Part shown: positions 22,328 through 32,208 of the stretch, piece after piece | Layout of the letters: each line of letters opens with the position of its first letter | How positions within the stretch are numbered: the stretch's first letter is position 1 | Virus record (IMG/VR): IMGVR_UViG_3300041935_000006 | Span: 1-45,147 of that record | Source: a virus | Strand: one strand, 5' to 3' | DNA: 45,147 nt | Notes under the pieces: model-generated | The model's input: only the letters and a program-made list of their open reading frames with translations | Told to the model about the DNA's origin: nothing | Database searches by the model: none | Program-made: the position numbers and the translations under genes

Positions 22328-23511
22328 GTGAGCACACCTTCCGGGGGCGGTACCTGAGTGATCGCGAGCGGCGTCACGGTGCCGAGCGTCGGCACCTGAG
22401 ACACGGTGAGCACCACGTCGGCCGCGGGCAATGTGACCTCGACGTGGAAGATCTGCGGCAAGGTCGCACCGATCGCCGTTGCGATGGCATCGCGAAACAC
22501 CTTGCCGGGGTCGACGCCGACGACGTTGCCGCCGATGGGTTGCGCCGACATGAACGCGACGAGGCGCGCAGCGATCAGCGCGATGATCTCGGCCTGCGTG
22601 AGGCCCGACGTGTTGTACATCGAGACGCGGTACGACACGGCGATCACGAGCGGCGTCGCGCTCTCGACCCACGCGGTGACGGCGAGCGGTGCGCTGTACT
22701 GTTGGATCGCCTCGTCGACGGCGCCGAGGTCGGTGTCGAGGTCGCCGACCGTGCCGGTGACGCCTCCCGAGCTCGTCGCGACGTACGTCGTCACGTTGCC
22801 GTAACCGTCCTTTTTCGTGCGCACCCTCGTCACGCCGACGCGCGTGCCGTCGGGCCGACGAGCGTTGCGAGCGGCGAACGAGTACGCGTCCCACGGGCCG
22901 AACGGCGAGAGCGCGCCGAGCTTTTCAGAGCACCGCACGCGCAGCGCCGGATCCTCCTCCTCGTCGAGGCCGACAACGGGGCCGGCATTCGTGCAGGACA
23001 CTCCGATCAGCGTCGTCACGAGCTCGGTGATCGTGCCGGGTGACGAGGTGCTCGCGGCGCCGGCCTCGACGGCTCGAACGGGCACGGTTACCGTCGCGAG
23101 CGCACCGAGCGAGACCGAGCCGGTGTTGCGGTACTGTTTGCCAGTCGTCGGGTTACTGACTGTCAGATCGTCGGGGTCGAGTGCATAGATACCGCCTCCC
23201 GCATTGACGAGCGTGACCTCGCCCTCGGCAAAGCTCGCGTACTCCTTTTTGACGCCGTACACGTACCAGGCGACGAGCGCGAGCCATGCCTTCTCGGCGA
23301 GCTCGAGGAAACCTGACTTTGCGATGAGTGCGGTGAGCTCGCTGAAAGCGGCGAGGATGATCGACACCGCGGCGATCATGGTGCGCGTCGGCGCTCCCGG
23401 TTTCCACGTCGTCGTGTTCGTGCCGACGAGGGCGAGGACGTCGTAAATCTTTTCCTTCACCTGATCGCGGGTGAGCGGGGTAGTCAGGTCGGCGAGTGTG
23501 AAGAGTGCCAT
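22324..23511 (-). CDS. Baseplate J-like protein (P2 gpJ / Mu gp47 family)
   Basis: 395 aa. Called from length, position and family-typical sequence throughout. Confidence 0.8.
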   Translation of the reverse strand: MALFTLADLTTPLTRDQVKEKIYDVLALVGTNTTTWKPGAPTRTMIAAVSIILAAFSELTALIAKSGFLELAEKAWLALVAWYVYGVKKEYASFAEGEVTLVNAGGGIYALDPDDLTVSNPTTGKQYRNTGSVSLGALATVTVPVRAVEAGAASTSSPGTITELVTTLIGVSCTNAGPVVGLDEEEDPALRVRCSEKLGALSPFGPWDAYSFAARNARRPDGTRVGVTRVRTKKDGYGNVTTYVATSSGGVTGTVGDLDTDLGAVDEAIQQYSAPLAVTAWVESATPLVIAVSYRVSMYNTSGLTQAEIIALIAARLVAFMSAQPIGGNVVGVDPGKVFRDAIATAIGATLPQIFHVEVTLPAADVVLTVSQVPTLGTVTPLAITQVPPPEGVLT

Positions 23512-23987
23512 TAGCCGATCGCCTCCAACATCGCGGCACCGCTCGCCGGGATCGTGAACGTGAACGAGAACAGCTCGAGGCTCGGGTCGGCCGGTGTGAT
23601 GCGTGCCGAGACGTTGAGCTCGCTGCGCGTCGGGGTCGTGATCGTGAAGAGCGCTTCCTCGATCCGATCATCCTTGGTCACCTCCGACCGGCATTGACCG
23701 GCGAGGTCGCGCAGCTCGTCGAGCGTCGTGCCGCGGTTGCAGTACCCGCGCAGATCGAGCCCGTAGTCGGGATCGTCGACAAGACCGCCGCGGGGTGTCG
23801 TGAGGCGACGGATCACCGCCTCGGCGATGCCGACCGGCGAGAACGGGTCGACCTCGGCGAGCTCGGGCGTCACGTCGCTCACGCACGAGAGGTCGAGGCC
23901 GTACCCGAGCGGGCCGGTCGGTGTCTCGACCTCGCGTTTGAGCAAGGCGAGCTCGCGTGCGATGGCATCGAGTACGACGGCGCTCAT
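23511..23987 (-). CDS. Baseplate wedge protein (gpW/gp25-like)
   Basis: ATGA overlap at 23987. The GYGLDLS and DDPDYGLDLRGY patterns sit directly upstream of gpJ. Confidence 0.55.
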   Translation of the reverse strand: MSAVVLDAIARELALLKREVETPTGPLGYGLDLSCVSDVTPELAEVDPFSPVGIAEAVIRRLTTPRGGLVDDPDYGLDLRGYCNRGTTLDELRDLAGQCRSEVTKDDRIEEALFTITTPTRSELNVSARITPADPSLELFSFTFTIPASGAAMLEAIG

Positions 23988-24511
23988 GGTGCCACCTTGA
24001 AGAGCTGCGCCATGGCCGCCCACGTCGCCGGCACCGTCGTCACGAGCACGACCGCGTGCGCGGTGTCGATCGGCGAGATGGGCACGGCCGCGAGTACACT
24101 GCCGACGTCGCCGGCAAGCGCACCGACGACGCCCTCGAACGCGACCGCGTGCACACCCGCTGCGCCTAGTGCCGACTGAAAGTCGGTGACGATCTCGAGC
24201 TGCAACTGTATCGACGAGATCTGAGCTTGCAGCGCCGCGAGCATGGCGGCGAGCTCGGCGAGTTGCAGGTCGACCGAAGGCGGCACGAGCCCGGCCGTGA
24301 TCGACAGTTGCAGGCCGGTGATCATCGCGTTCAGGCCGGCGATCTGCGCCGAGAATGACACCGGCGTCGGCGCGAACGCGGTGAGCGCGGTGAGCTGATC
24401 GAGGAGCGTCGGCAGTGCGCCGTTGATGCCGGCGACGCCGGCCGCACCGACGAGCACACCACCCGGGAGGGCACCGCCGAGCGTGAGTGAGCCGAGGTAC
24501 GTCGCGGTCAT
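23984..24511 (-). CDS. Hypothetical Ala/Leu/Gly-rich baseplate-module protein (175 aa)
   Basis: ATGA overlap at 24511. Confidence 0.5.
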   Translation of the reverse strand: MTATYLGSLTLGGALPGGVLVGAAGVAGINGALPTLLDQLTALTAFAPTPVSFSAQIAGLNAMITGLQLSITAGLVPPSVDLQLAELAAMLAALQAQISSIQLQLEIVTDFQSALGAAGVHAVAFEGVVGALAGDVGSVLAAVPISPIDTAHAVVLVTTVPATWAAMAQLFKVAP

Positions 24512-25689
24512 GTTGCGACCCTCACCTTCGTCGAGCCCCCGGTGATGACACCGAGCGCTTTCGGCGCCGAGAACGTGATCACACCGGTCGCCGGTGCGCC
24601 GCTCACGGTGCCCACGAACGCGGCCGGGGGTAGCGTCACCTCGACCATATCGCCCTGCCTCGCGGCCGGTGAGCCCGCTGCACCGCCGAGGGTGAGCCGC
24701 ACGGGCACGAACCCGGGAGCATCCTTGCCGGCGAATGCGAGCACCACGGGTTGCGCGCGATCGCCCTCGATGAACGCGACGAGCACCTCGGCGCCGGGTG
24801 CGAGCTCGGGATACGCACCGGGCACACCCGGCATGAACGAGAGCGGCAAGAGATCCGGCAGGCCGACGATCTTGCGCACCGCTTGCAGCTCGACGCGCTC
24901 GCCGGCCATGCGCACCACCCGATAGCGATAGTGACCGTGCAACACGTTGTCGGTGACGCGCTGCACGATGGAGCGCATGACGGCGGTGATCGGCCCGTGC
25001 CCGAGCTCGGTGCCGCCGACCCACGCGAGCACGCGCAACTCGTTCGCCGTGACGCGCAGCTCGAACGAGCGCACGACGCGCGGCCCCTCGAGCCCCTCGG
25101 TGAGCACCGAGCCGACCTTGACGGCGCTCGGGTCGGGCACGTCGAGCGTGATGATCTGGTCTCGAGGGTCATACGCGAGCACGCGGTACGCCTTCGCGCC
25201 GAGCGGCGTCGACGGCCGCGGGCCGACGTTCGTTTTGCCGGCGTAGTCGACCCACCACGGCGCCGAGCCGATCACACCCTCGAGCGCGCGCGACGCCGGG
25301 CCGGTCTGTCGCACGTAGTCGCGGCCGACGCGCTCGGCCGTGGGCACGAACGTGCCGAGCTCCTCGCCGACGGCTCGAGCGGCATCCTCGGCGACGAGGC
25401 GAGCCTTCACACCGGCATCGTTGTGATACTGCCGGGCCGCGACGGGCTCGGACCACCCCCCGGCGCCGGCAAGGATGCGCGCGCGACGTTGCAACCCGTG
25501 CGTGCCTGACTGAGTGGCGACGATGGTGCCGGCGAGCTCGAGCGCGCCGACCTTGAGCGTGACGCGGCCCGAGAGCGACGGCGCACCCTCGAAATCGACG
25601 TCGGCGATCCATGGGCCGAAGTTGCCGACCGTGAGTCGAACGACGGTGAGTCGCTCGCCGTTGACACTCGCGAAGGTCTCTTCGGTCAT
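24508..25689 (-). CDS. Baseplate hub / central spike protein (gpV/VgrG-like OB fold in C-terminal half)
   Basis: YRYRVVRMAGERVELQAV...GLPDLLPLSFMPGVPGAYPELAPGAEVLVAFIEGDRAQPVVLAF matches the gpV/gp5 OB-fold pattern. Confidence 0.65.
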   Translation of the reverse strand: MTEETFASVNGERLTVVRLTVGNFGPWIADVDFEGAPSLSGRVTLKVGALELAGTIVATQSGTHGLQRRARILAGAGGWSEPVAARQYHNDAGVKARLVAEDAARAVGEELGTFVPTAERVGRDYVRQTGPASRALEGVIGSAPWWVDYAGKTNVGPRPSTPLGAKAYRVLAYDPRDQIITLDVPDPSAVKVGSVLTEGLEGPRVVRSFELRVTANELRVLAWVGGTELGHGPITAVMRSIVQRVTDNVLHGHYRYRVVRMAGERVELQAVRKIVGLPDLLPLSFMPGVPGAYPELAPGAEVLVAFIEGDRAQPVVLAFAGKDAPGFVPVRLTLGGAAGSPAARQGDMVEVTLPPAAFVGTVSGAPATGVITFSAPKALGVITGGSTKVRVAT

Positions 25690-26219
25690 GGCTCACTCGC
25701 GAGGCGTTGCACTTGCTGCATGAGGGGCTTGATCCATTCCTCCTCAACCGGGTCGACCGTCGTCGCCGCCGCACCCTCGGGCTTGGCGAGCGCAAACTTC
25801 GGCATCCGAAACTCGATGAAGAGGATCTCGATTGACCACTCTCCGTCGCCGGTCTGCTCGGGTTGCTTCACATCCTCGACGCCGGCCGCCTTGATTCCGC
25901 ACTCCCAAAGGAGCGGGTGCGAGATGTCGAGCTTGCCCGAGTCCTTACCCTCGCCGCCGCGGCGCTTTGGCACCTTGTCGACGAGCGGTTTCCACACGTG
26001 CCAGTCGGCCCAATCCTCGACGGTGTACAGACGCAACGTGACGGTGAACTTCGCGAGTGAGAGGCCGGTGAAAACCGACGCCGCACCCGAGAGGCCGTAC
26101 CCCTTGCGGATGTCCCACTCGCGCGGCGAGCCCGCACCCTTGACCTCGGCGAGGCCCGGCGAGCGCTTGCCGGCGAGAAGGATGTAGTCGACCGGATCGG
26201 TGATCGGATCCCACGTCAC
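25686..26219 (-). CDS. Tail/baseplate protein downstream of tape measure (177 aa)
   Basis: GTG 26219 forms a GTGA overlap with the tape-measure stop. Confidence 0.5.
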   Translation of the reverse strand: MTWDPITDPVDYILLAGKRSPGLAEVKGAGSPREWDIRKGYGLSGAASVFTGLSLAKFTVTLRLYTVEDWADWHVWKPLVDKVPKRRGGEGKDSGKLDISHPLLWECGIKAAGVEDVKQPEQTGDGEWSIEILFIEFRMPKFALAKPEGAAATTVDPVEEEWIKPLMQQVQRLASEP

Positions 26220-28138
26220 GAGGCACCCCGCGGCACAAACGCGCCGAGCTGCGCGGCAACGTTCTCGAGCACACGCGTAAGCTCCCGCTCGAGGCCGTCG
26301 GCGAGCTCGCTAGCACTCGTTGCAGCACTCGTGATCGTGATGCCGCCGAGGTTGAGCGTGATCGAGCTCGGTTTCGCACCCGCGGGAGCTCGAGCGTCGC
26401 CGCCTCGCGCGTCGGGAGCGGCCGGGATGCGCGGCACGTCGACCATGCGGCCGACTGCGCCTTTCGCGGCCGGTGTGCCGGCCTCGACACCGCTCTCGAG
26501 GCCCTCGGGGATGGCCAAACCGAGGCGCGCAAACGCTTTCGATGGCGATGCGATGCCGAGTTTCTCTTTCAGAGCAGTCATCGCGTTCGCACCGAGATCC
26601 GAAACCGCGTCGATCACCCATTTCGCCCCCGATTTCACCCCTCCGACGATGCCGTCGACGATCGCCGACCCCAATTCAGTCCAATCGACCTCTTTCCAAA
26701 GGTCATAGAGAGCGAGACCGGCCGCAACGAGGGCACCGATCGCGATCGCGCCGAGGATGAACGGTGCAGCGAGCACCAAACCGCTCACCGCGAGCGCACC
26801 GACGGCCGTCACCGCGGCCCAAATGAACGGCATCGCCGCGGCGAGTGCTCCGACGACGAGTGCACCCATTGCCACGAACGCGACACCGAACAGGCCGACG
26901 GCGGTGATCCCGGCGTACAGCGCGGCCTTCTGCAGATCCATGCCCTTGAGCACCTCACTGTCGCCGAAGGTCTGCCGAAACCATTTGCGGACCTGCAACA
27001 CCGCGATCGTGACGAGGAGCGCGCCGATCACGAGCCCTTGGAAAAACCGCTTCATCACCGGCGCCGCGGCCGTCGTCGCGTCGATCAGCGGTTGCAGCAT
27101 GAGCGACACGATGTTGCGCAGCGCGCGACCGGTCATGGTCGACTGCGAAAAGAGCGCGGTGATCGAGGCGAGCCCCTTGAGTAGCTCCTCGATGTGCAGG
27201 TTTGAAAACAGCTGACCGAAGTTTTCGCGCAGCTTCTCTGTCTGCACGTTTAGGTCGAGCAACTGTGCCGCGGCGACACCGCCGAATCGTGCCTTCACGT
27301 CGTCGGTGAGTCGCTTGACCGATTGGCCTGCCATGTTGGCACCCGCGGCCCAATGCATGAAGGACTTTGCCCCCTCGTCGCCGAGGACGGCCCCCTTGAT
27401 CGCTGCGCCCTCGAGGGCGAGCTCGAGATTTTTGCCGCGCAGTCCCATTTTGTAGAGTTCGCCGGTGTAGCCCGCGAGCTTTTCGCGGCCGAGCGCCGTC
27501 GACCCGCTCACCGCGTCGATCGCCGACTGCATCTCTCCCGCGTTGCCCGCGGCGAGCCCGTACCAATTCCGCATTTTGGTAAGGCCCTCGAGCTGCAAGA
27601 GCTCGCCGCGACGCGCGTTCGCTTGCGCGACCCCATACTTGAGGAGCGCACCCATCGCGAGCACGGCCGCGGCGGCGAGCGCGACGAGAGCGGCCGAGAG
27701 CGCGACGACGCCGAGCGCGAGCGCGCCACCACCGAGGAGACCTTTCAAGCTCTCGAGCGACCCCACCATGCCGCCGAGCGGGCCGGGCATGCCTTTCGCC
27801 GTGACGCCGAGCGCGGCGAGCCGTTCCGAGAACGACTGTGCACCTTGCTTGCCTTTCGCGAAGTTGCCGCCGAGGTTGATGTACGCCGACTGCGCTTGCG
27901 CGATGGCCGACTTCTTGGCGTCGATCTGGTCTCTGAGCTTCTTGAATTGCTCGATGTTGACCGAGGTGCCGCCTTGAAGATTCTTCATCGCGCGTTGCAT
28001 GTTCGCGAGCTCGGCGGTGTCGCCTTTGATCTGCTTTTGCAGCGTCGCGAGAGCGTTCGCCGCCGACTCGGCCGCACCCGAGGTGTTGTCTTCGAGGTCG
28101 ATCGAGTATGTCGCTTGTGCGTCTGCTTCCTCGGCCAT
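26216..28138 (-). CDS. Tail tape measure protein
   Basis: 640 aa, helical, with Gly/Ala-rich hydrophobic blocks and the LGIASPSKAF motif common in tape measure proteins. It sits directly after the frameshifted chaperone pair. Confidence 0.9.
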   Translation of the reverse strand: MAEEADAQATYSIDLEDNTSGAAESAANALATLQKQIKGDTAELANMQRAMKNLQGGTSVNIEQFKKLRDQIDAKKSAIAQAQSAYINLGGNFAKGKQGAQSFSERLAALGVTAKGMPGPLGGMVGSLESLKGLLGGGALALGVVALSAALVALAAAAVLAMGALLKYGVAQANARRGELLQLEGLTKMRNWYGLAAGNAGEMQSAIDAVSGSTALGREKLAGYTGELYKMGLRGKNLELALEGAAIKGAVLGDEGAKSFMHWAAGANMAGQSVKRLTDDVKARFGGVAAAQLLDLNVQTEKLRENFGQLFSNLHIEELLKGLASITALFSQSTMTGRALRNIVSLMLQPLIDATTAAAPVMKRFFQGLVIGALLVTIAVLQVRKWFRQTFGDSEVLKGMDLQKAALYAGITAVGLFGVAFVAMGALVVGALAAAMPFIWAAVTAVGALAVSGLVLAAPFILGAIAIGALVAAGLALYDLWKEVDWTELGSAIVDGIVGGVKSGAKWVIDAVSDLGANAMTALKEKLGIASPSKAFARLGLAIPEGLESGVEAGTPAAKGAVGRMVDVPRIPAAPDARGGDARAPAGAKPSSITLNLGGITITSAATSASELADGLERELTRVLENVAAQLGAFVPRGAS

Positions 28139-28142
28139 GACG

Positions 28143-28783
28143 TCAACCCCACGATGAAAGAGCTTTGCGGATCTGAGTGAGCTCGCGGATCCCGTCGAGG
28201 ATCAGCAAGGCGCCGACGTACGCGCGTACCTCGTCCTCGTCGGTGCTGGTCTCGGTGTCGGGTCTGAAAGCTGCGAGCAGACACGCGGCGGCGATCCCGG
28301 CGTCGTGCACCGCCTCGGCGCGCAGCTCTCTTATTTTCCCGCTGCCTCCTCCGTTTTCACTCCCGCGAGTGCGGCGACGTTGTTGCCGACGCGCAGCAAG
28401 AGCGCCGGTTCCTCCTCGCAATACCGCTCGAACGTCGCGAGGTCGGGGTGCACGAGCGACGGCGTCACGAGCTTGAAGAGCTCGACCGTGTTGACCTTGC
28501 CGGCATCCTGAAAGCGCCGATACGTGACGTGGTGCGGTCGCTTGACGATCACGACGCCGAGCTCGCTTTTGACTGCGCGGATCTTCTGCCCGAGCGGGCC
28601 GTGCTCGCACTCGGCCTTTTCGATCGCCTGATCATCCTTGAGCCCGCGCTCTTCGGCGGCGAGCTGTTCGGACACCGACCGCGCTTTTTCGCGCTCGAGG
28701 CGAGCCGCGGCGATGCGCGACCGCTCGGCCTTTGCCGCGGCGAGACGCTCGAGATCCTCGGGGCTGTCAGAGGTGTCAGACAT
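28143..28783 (-). CDS. Tail assembly chaperone, -1 frameshift product (gpGT analogue)
   Basis: A -1 slip at G GGA AAA (28340..28334) continues as GGG AAA ATA AGA GAG CTG (GKIREL...). That frame stays open to the stop at 28143. Confidence 0.6.
28331..28783 (-). CDS. Tail assembly chaperone (lambda gpG analogue)
   Basis: 150 aa ORF between the tube and tape-measure genes. It ends ...GCG GGA AAA TAA with a slippery heptamer. Confidence 0.75.
   Translation of the reverse strand: MSDTSDSPEDLERLAAAKAERSRIAAARLEREKARSVSEQLAAEERGLKDDQAIEKAECEHGPLGQKIRAVKSELGVVIVKRPHHVTYRRFQDAGKVNTVELFKLVTPSLVHPDLATFERYCEEEPALLLRVGNNVAALAGVKTEEAAGK
28334..28340 (-). other. Programmed -1 ribosomal frameshift slippery site GGGAAAA
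   Basis: X_XXY_YYZ heptamer immediately before the zero-frame TAA. The plus strand reads TTTTCCC. Confidence 0.65.
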
Positions 28784-28786
28784 GAC

Positions 28787-29263
28787 TTAGGGCCTCCCGT
28801 CGAACAGCGAGAGGCCGTTGCGCAGAACGAGCATGGTCGAGAGCTCAACCTCCTCTTTCAAGGGGTCGGGGCTTTCCTCGTGCGACGCCGAGGTGCCGAC
28901 GTACACGCACCGTTGCAGCTCGTCGCAGATCGGGAGCTCGCTCGAGCCGGGCTCGACGAACTGCACGACGATCTCGCACTCGGTGTTGCCATACGACTTC
29001 TTGTCGCTCGACTGATCGGCGAGCTCCTTTCGGAGTGCGGCCATCGTCGTTTTCGGGCCGCGCAGCTTGACCGGCTCGGGAGTGTACTTGCCCGCGCTGC
29101 GCCCTCGCGGTGCGTGGTGGCGACCTTGCCCGTACGAGTACGCGCGCTCTCGCTTGTCGCCGTACGACACGAGGTCGAACCCGTAAAAGCGAGCACCGCC
29201 GACCTTGACGGTGATCGATCCCCACGACATTAGGTTGCCGTTGACTCTGATCTGATCGGCCAT
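28787..29263 (-). CDS. Tail tube protein
   Basis: 158 aa ORF immediately downstream of the sheath gene. Confidence 0.65.
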   Translation of the reverse strand: MADQIRVNGNLMSWGSITVKVGGARFYGFDLVSYGDKRERAYSYGQGRHHAPRGRSAGKYTPEPVKLRGPKTTMAALRKELADQSSDKKSYGNTECEIVVQFVEPGSSELPICDELQRCVYVGTSASHEESPDPLKEEVELSTMLVLRNGLSLFDGRP

Positions 29264-29265
29264 GA

Positions 29266-30711
29266 TTACACCGCCTGCACTTGCAAGGCCGGGTTGTAAA
29301 ACCCGACGGTTAGAGTGATGAACTCGGGGTACGCGAGCGGGATGATTCGCGCGTCGCCGGTCATGGTCTTCGTCGACAACAGGTTGTCGGTGCGCGAGAG
29401 CGCGAACATCACACCCGACGCCTTGGGTTTGGCGGTGAGAGTGGCGCGCATGACGGCGAGTGCGCCTGCCTCGATCTCGAGCGCTTCCTCTTCGAGGAGG
29501 TACCCGGTGAGCGCGTCGACGAGCACGGGCTTATTGAGCCGACGCATGAAGTACGTACGCAGTGCAGCGTGACCGAGGTTCATCACGCGGCGGTGCGGCA
29601 AGAGCTGAAAGTCAGACCCGGCCGGCGAGAACAGTCGAGGCCGGTTGACGTACACCCCTTGCAGGCCGTCGATCGTGCGCAGCGTCGTAAAGCGCGAGTC
29701 GTCGAGGCCGGGGTTTACAGACTCGTCGTGCTCGTCGGGGTTGCCGTTCGCATCGCGGATCGTGACGCCGAGCGGCCCGAGGTTCGGGTCGGCGTTGTTG
29801 ACCTCCTCGCTCGATGCCGCCTCGCGAGCGCCGACGATGAACGAGATCGGCCGGCGATACTTGCGACCGGTGACCGAGCTCGTGATCTTGCACGCTCCCG
29901 CGCACAGCATGCCGTACACGGTTGCTTTCGAGCCGAAGATGCCGTCGAGCGCCGTTTTGTACTGCGCCTCGGTCTCGCCGACGTTCGGCATGCGCGCGTC
30001 GGCGATCCATGCGCGGTATTTGCCCTGTGCAGCGAGGGCCGCGAGTTTGAGCTCGAGCGTGTCGAACGCGGTGCCGTCGATCGTGCCGGCCGGCGTGACG
30101 ATCTCCCAATTCGTCGCCGAGGCGGCGAGCGCGTCGAGCCCGGCGCCGAGCTCGGCCGCCGAGGGTGCCGGTGTGGTGGTGCGCGTCGAGACGTTGTCAC
30201 CGGCGACGAGCGTGCCGGCCGCGAACGCGAGCCCGAGCCCACCCGCTCCCGGGAAGGCAAACGTGTTCGCGGTGCCGAGCGCCGTCGCCGCCGACCAGTT
30301 GCGACCGCCGTCGAGCGACCATTGATAGAGGATGCCGGCGACGCCGATCGTGCCGCCGTTGAGCACCTTGAAAAGCGCTTCGTAGTCGTCGTTTGGTACG
30401 CCGGTCACGGTCACGACGCTCGTGCCGGTGACACCGGTGATCACGAGCGTGCCCGGCGTGCCGGCCGTCGAGCTGCCGGTGCGGATGATCACGACGGGCT
30501 TGCCGAAGCGCTCGATGTACGCGCAAGCCTTCTCGACGAGCGGGCCGGCGCCGTACGTCGCGATCACGTCCTTTGTGCGCGCAAACGAGGCCGGCATGTT
30601 GAGAGGGCCGCTCGTCGAGTAGCCGGCGATCGCGTACAGCTTGCCGGCGCTCGGCGGCAACACGGCGAGTGCGCCGTCGAGCTCGGTGATCGAAACGTTG
30701 GGCTGAGTCAT
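29266..30711 (-). CDS. Contractile tail sheath protein
   Basis: 481 aa. Its position upstream of tube/chaperone/tape measure and its sequence resemble Mu gpL/DUF2586-type sheaths. Confidence 0.8.
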   Translation of the reverse strand: MTQPNVSITELDGALAVLPPSAGKLYAIAGYSTSGPLNMPASFARTKDVIATYGAGPLVEKACAYIERFGKPVVIIRTGSSTAGTPGTLVITGVTGTSVVTVTGVPNDDYEALFKVLNGGTIGVAGILYQWSLDGGRNWSAATALGTANTFAFPGAGGLGLAFAAGTLVAGDNVSTRTTTPAPSAAELGAGLDALAASATNWEIVTPAGTIDGTAFDTLELKLAALAAQGKYRAWIADARMPNVGETEAQYKTALDGIFGSKATVYGMLCAGACKITSSVTGRKYRRPISFIVGAREAASSEEVNNADPNLGPLGVTIRDANGNPDEHDESVNPGLDDSRFTTLRTIDGLQGVYVNRPRLFSPAGSDFQLLPHRRVMNLGHAALRTYFMRRLNKPVLVDALTGYLLEEEALEIEAGALAVMRATLTAKPKASGVMFALSRTDNLLSTKTMTGDARIIPLAYPEFITLTVGFYNPALQVQAV

Positions 30712-30724
30712 GGGTCGCTAGCTC

Positions 30725-31285
30725 CTATGGCGAGGGAACGGGAGGCGGAACATCGATCGGCTCGGTGACGTCGAGCTCGTGCAGGTCGATCGCGGCGCCG
30801 GTGTCCGCGGGTGCGATGGCGATCGCGAGGTCGAGCACCGGGGCTTGCACGGCGATCACGATGCGGATCGTTGCGCCACTGCGCCGGCCGCGATCACCGC
30901 CGACCCACGCGCTCGAGACGATCTGATAGGTGCCGACGGCCGCGAGGTGAATCGCGCGCAGCTCGGCGTCGAGCACCTCGCGCACCGCCTGATACTGCGC
31001 TCGTTCGTTGCTCGAACTCGCCGGGTCGAACGCGGTGATCTCGATGGTGCACAGCTCGCCGAGGGTGGCGAGTTGCCGTTGCGGGGTCTGCCCGGTGTAC
31101 TTGGGCGCGGTGAGCGCACCGAGCGAGCCACCCGGATCGCCGGGTGTCCACGTGACGCGCGTGAGGCCCTGCATTTGCTCCGACGTCGCGAGCCACCCGA
31201 AGGTGTGCGGCACGTCGGCACCGTCGAGCGCAAAGCGCGCGACGACGGCGTCAAACAGTCGCGTGAGCGCGAACACGATCGCCAC
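30725..31285 (-). CDS. Hypothetical neck/tail-completion protein (186 aa)
   Basis: GTG 31285 overlaps the upstream TAG by 1 nt. Called from position. Confidence 0.45.
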   Translation of the reverse strand: MAIVFALTRLFDAVVARFALDGADVPHTFGWLATSEQMQGLTRVTWTPGDPGGSLGALTAPKYTGQTPQRQLATLGELCTIEITAFDPASSSNERAQYQAVREVLDAELRAIHLAAVGTYQIVSSAWVGGDRGRRSGATIRIVIAVQAPVLDLAIAIAPADTGAAIDLHELDVTEPIDVPPPVPSP

Positions 31286-31689
31286 TACTGCCCCCCTTGC
31301 ATGTGGGCGATGAAGTGGGCCGCGAGCTCGCGCTTGATCGCTCGAGCGATTGCAGGCGGTACACCCTTGAGCGGGAGCACGCGCCGAACGATGCCGCCTC
31401 GAGCGCGGCCGAGCGTGTGACGCGCGATGTGACCGCGCACGTGACACACCACGCGGTTGCCGACGGCCGCGACGAAGAGAGCCTTGCCGGCGCCGGTGAG
31501 CGGCCGGCCGCCCCCGTACTTGAGCGCCTGCCATGGCTTGCCGTCGGGAGCGGTGCCCGCGGTGATCGTCTTCTCGAGCTCGGCTTTGACCGCCTCGGCG
31601 ACGTCGGGAGCGGCACGACGCGCGAGACCCGGGATAGCCCGGATCTTACGGATCATCGCCTCGAGCTCGGCGTCACCGTTGCGCTTCAC
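31285..31689 (-). CDS. Virion morphogenesis / head-tail joining protein (134 aa)
   Basis: Called from position between the connector and tail genes. The pattern DGKPW..LKYGGGRPL.G.GKAL is seen in such proteins. Confidence 0.45.
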   Translation of the reverse strand: MKRNGDAELEAMIRKIRAIPGLARRAAPDVAEAVKAELEKTITAGTAPDGKPWQALKYGGGRPLTGAGKALFVAAVGNRVVCHVRGHIARHTLGRARGGIVRRVLPLKGVPPAIARAIKRELAAHFIAHMQGGQ

Positions 31690-32177
31690 CGCGAACCCCC
31701 ACGGTTGCGATCCTCGTTGCGACCGCGTGCGAGCTGCACGTCGTAACCGACGTATGGCGATGCTTCGGAGTAGCTGCGCGTGCCGCCGTACAGCACCGCG
31801 CTCGATGACTGATCGCTCGGCGCGAGGTCGATCAGACTGAGTTGACCGTCGGCCGCCTCTTTGACCTCGCCCTCGGCCTTTTCAGCGTCGGCGGTGACGA
31901 GCGCGATCTGTGCGTCGCTCGCCGGGATGCCGTGTTGCAGGTACGCGCGCAGCGTAACCATACGCGCGACCCACCCCTTGACGACGTCGGACACCGGCTC
32001 ACTAAGCGGCACCTTGATCCGCTTGGCGAGTCGCATGTCGATCCAACCCGACGACGACGCGAATTGCGAGTCGAGCCACCCGGGGGCGAGCTGCGCCTCG
32101 ATGCGATCGATCTGTGCCCAAGGCATGATCGTGCGCATCTTGAATTCGGCGATCGTCAGATATTTCGACACGTGCAC
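31686..32177 (-). CDS. Head-tail connector protein (Mu gp36/DUF1320-like)
   Basis: The N-terminus YLTIAEFK...I...QIDRIE resembles DUF1320 starts. It lies directly after the major capsid gene. Confidence 0.5.
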   Translation of the reverse strand: MHVSKYLTIAEFKMRTIMPWAQIDRIEAQLAPGWLDSQFASSSGWIDMRLAKRIKVPLSEPVSDVVKGWVARMVTLRAYLQHGIPASDAQIALVTADAEKAEGEVKEAADGQLSLIDLAPSDQSSSAVLYGGTRSYSEASPYVGYDVQLARGRNEDRNRGGSR

Positions 32178-32208
32178 CCTTAGTCGTGTGAGTGAGCCGC
32201 GCGCGCGA

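Noticed and set aside
29569-30768. 399-aa plus-strand ORF opposite the tail sheath gene. Similar long shadows occur at 19445..20728, 21266..22306, 31861..33174, 37396..38307, 43690..44865 and 5823..6761.
   Set aside because: All lie antisense to genes with clear family signatures. All have extreme Arg/Ala/Gly/Asp composition, lack RBS or coupling signals, and would break the compact operon structure.
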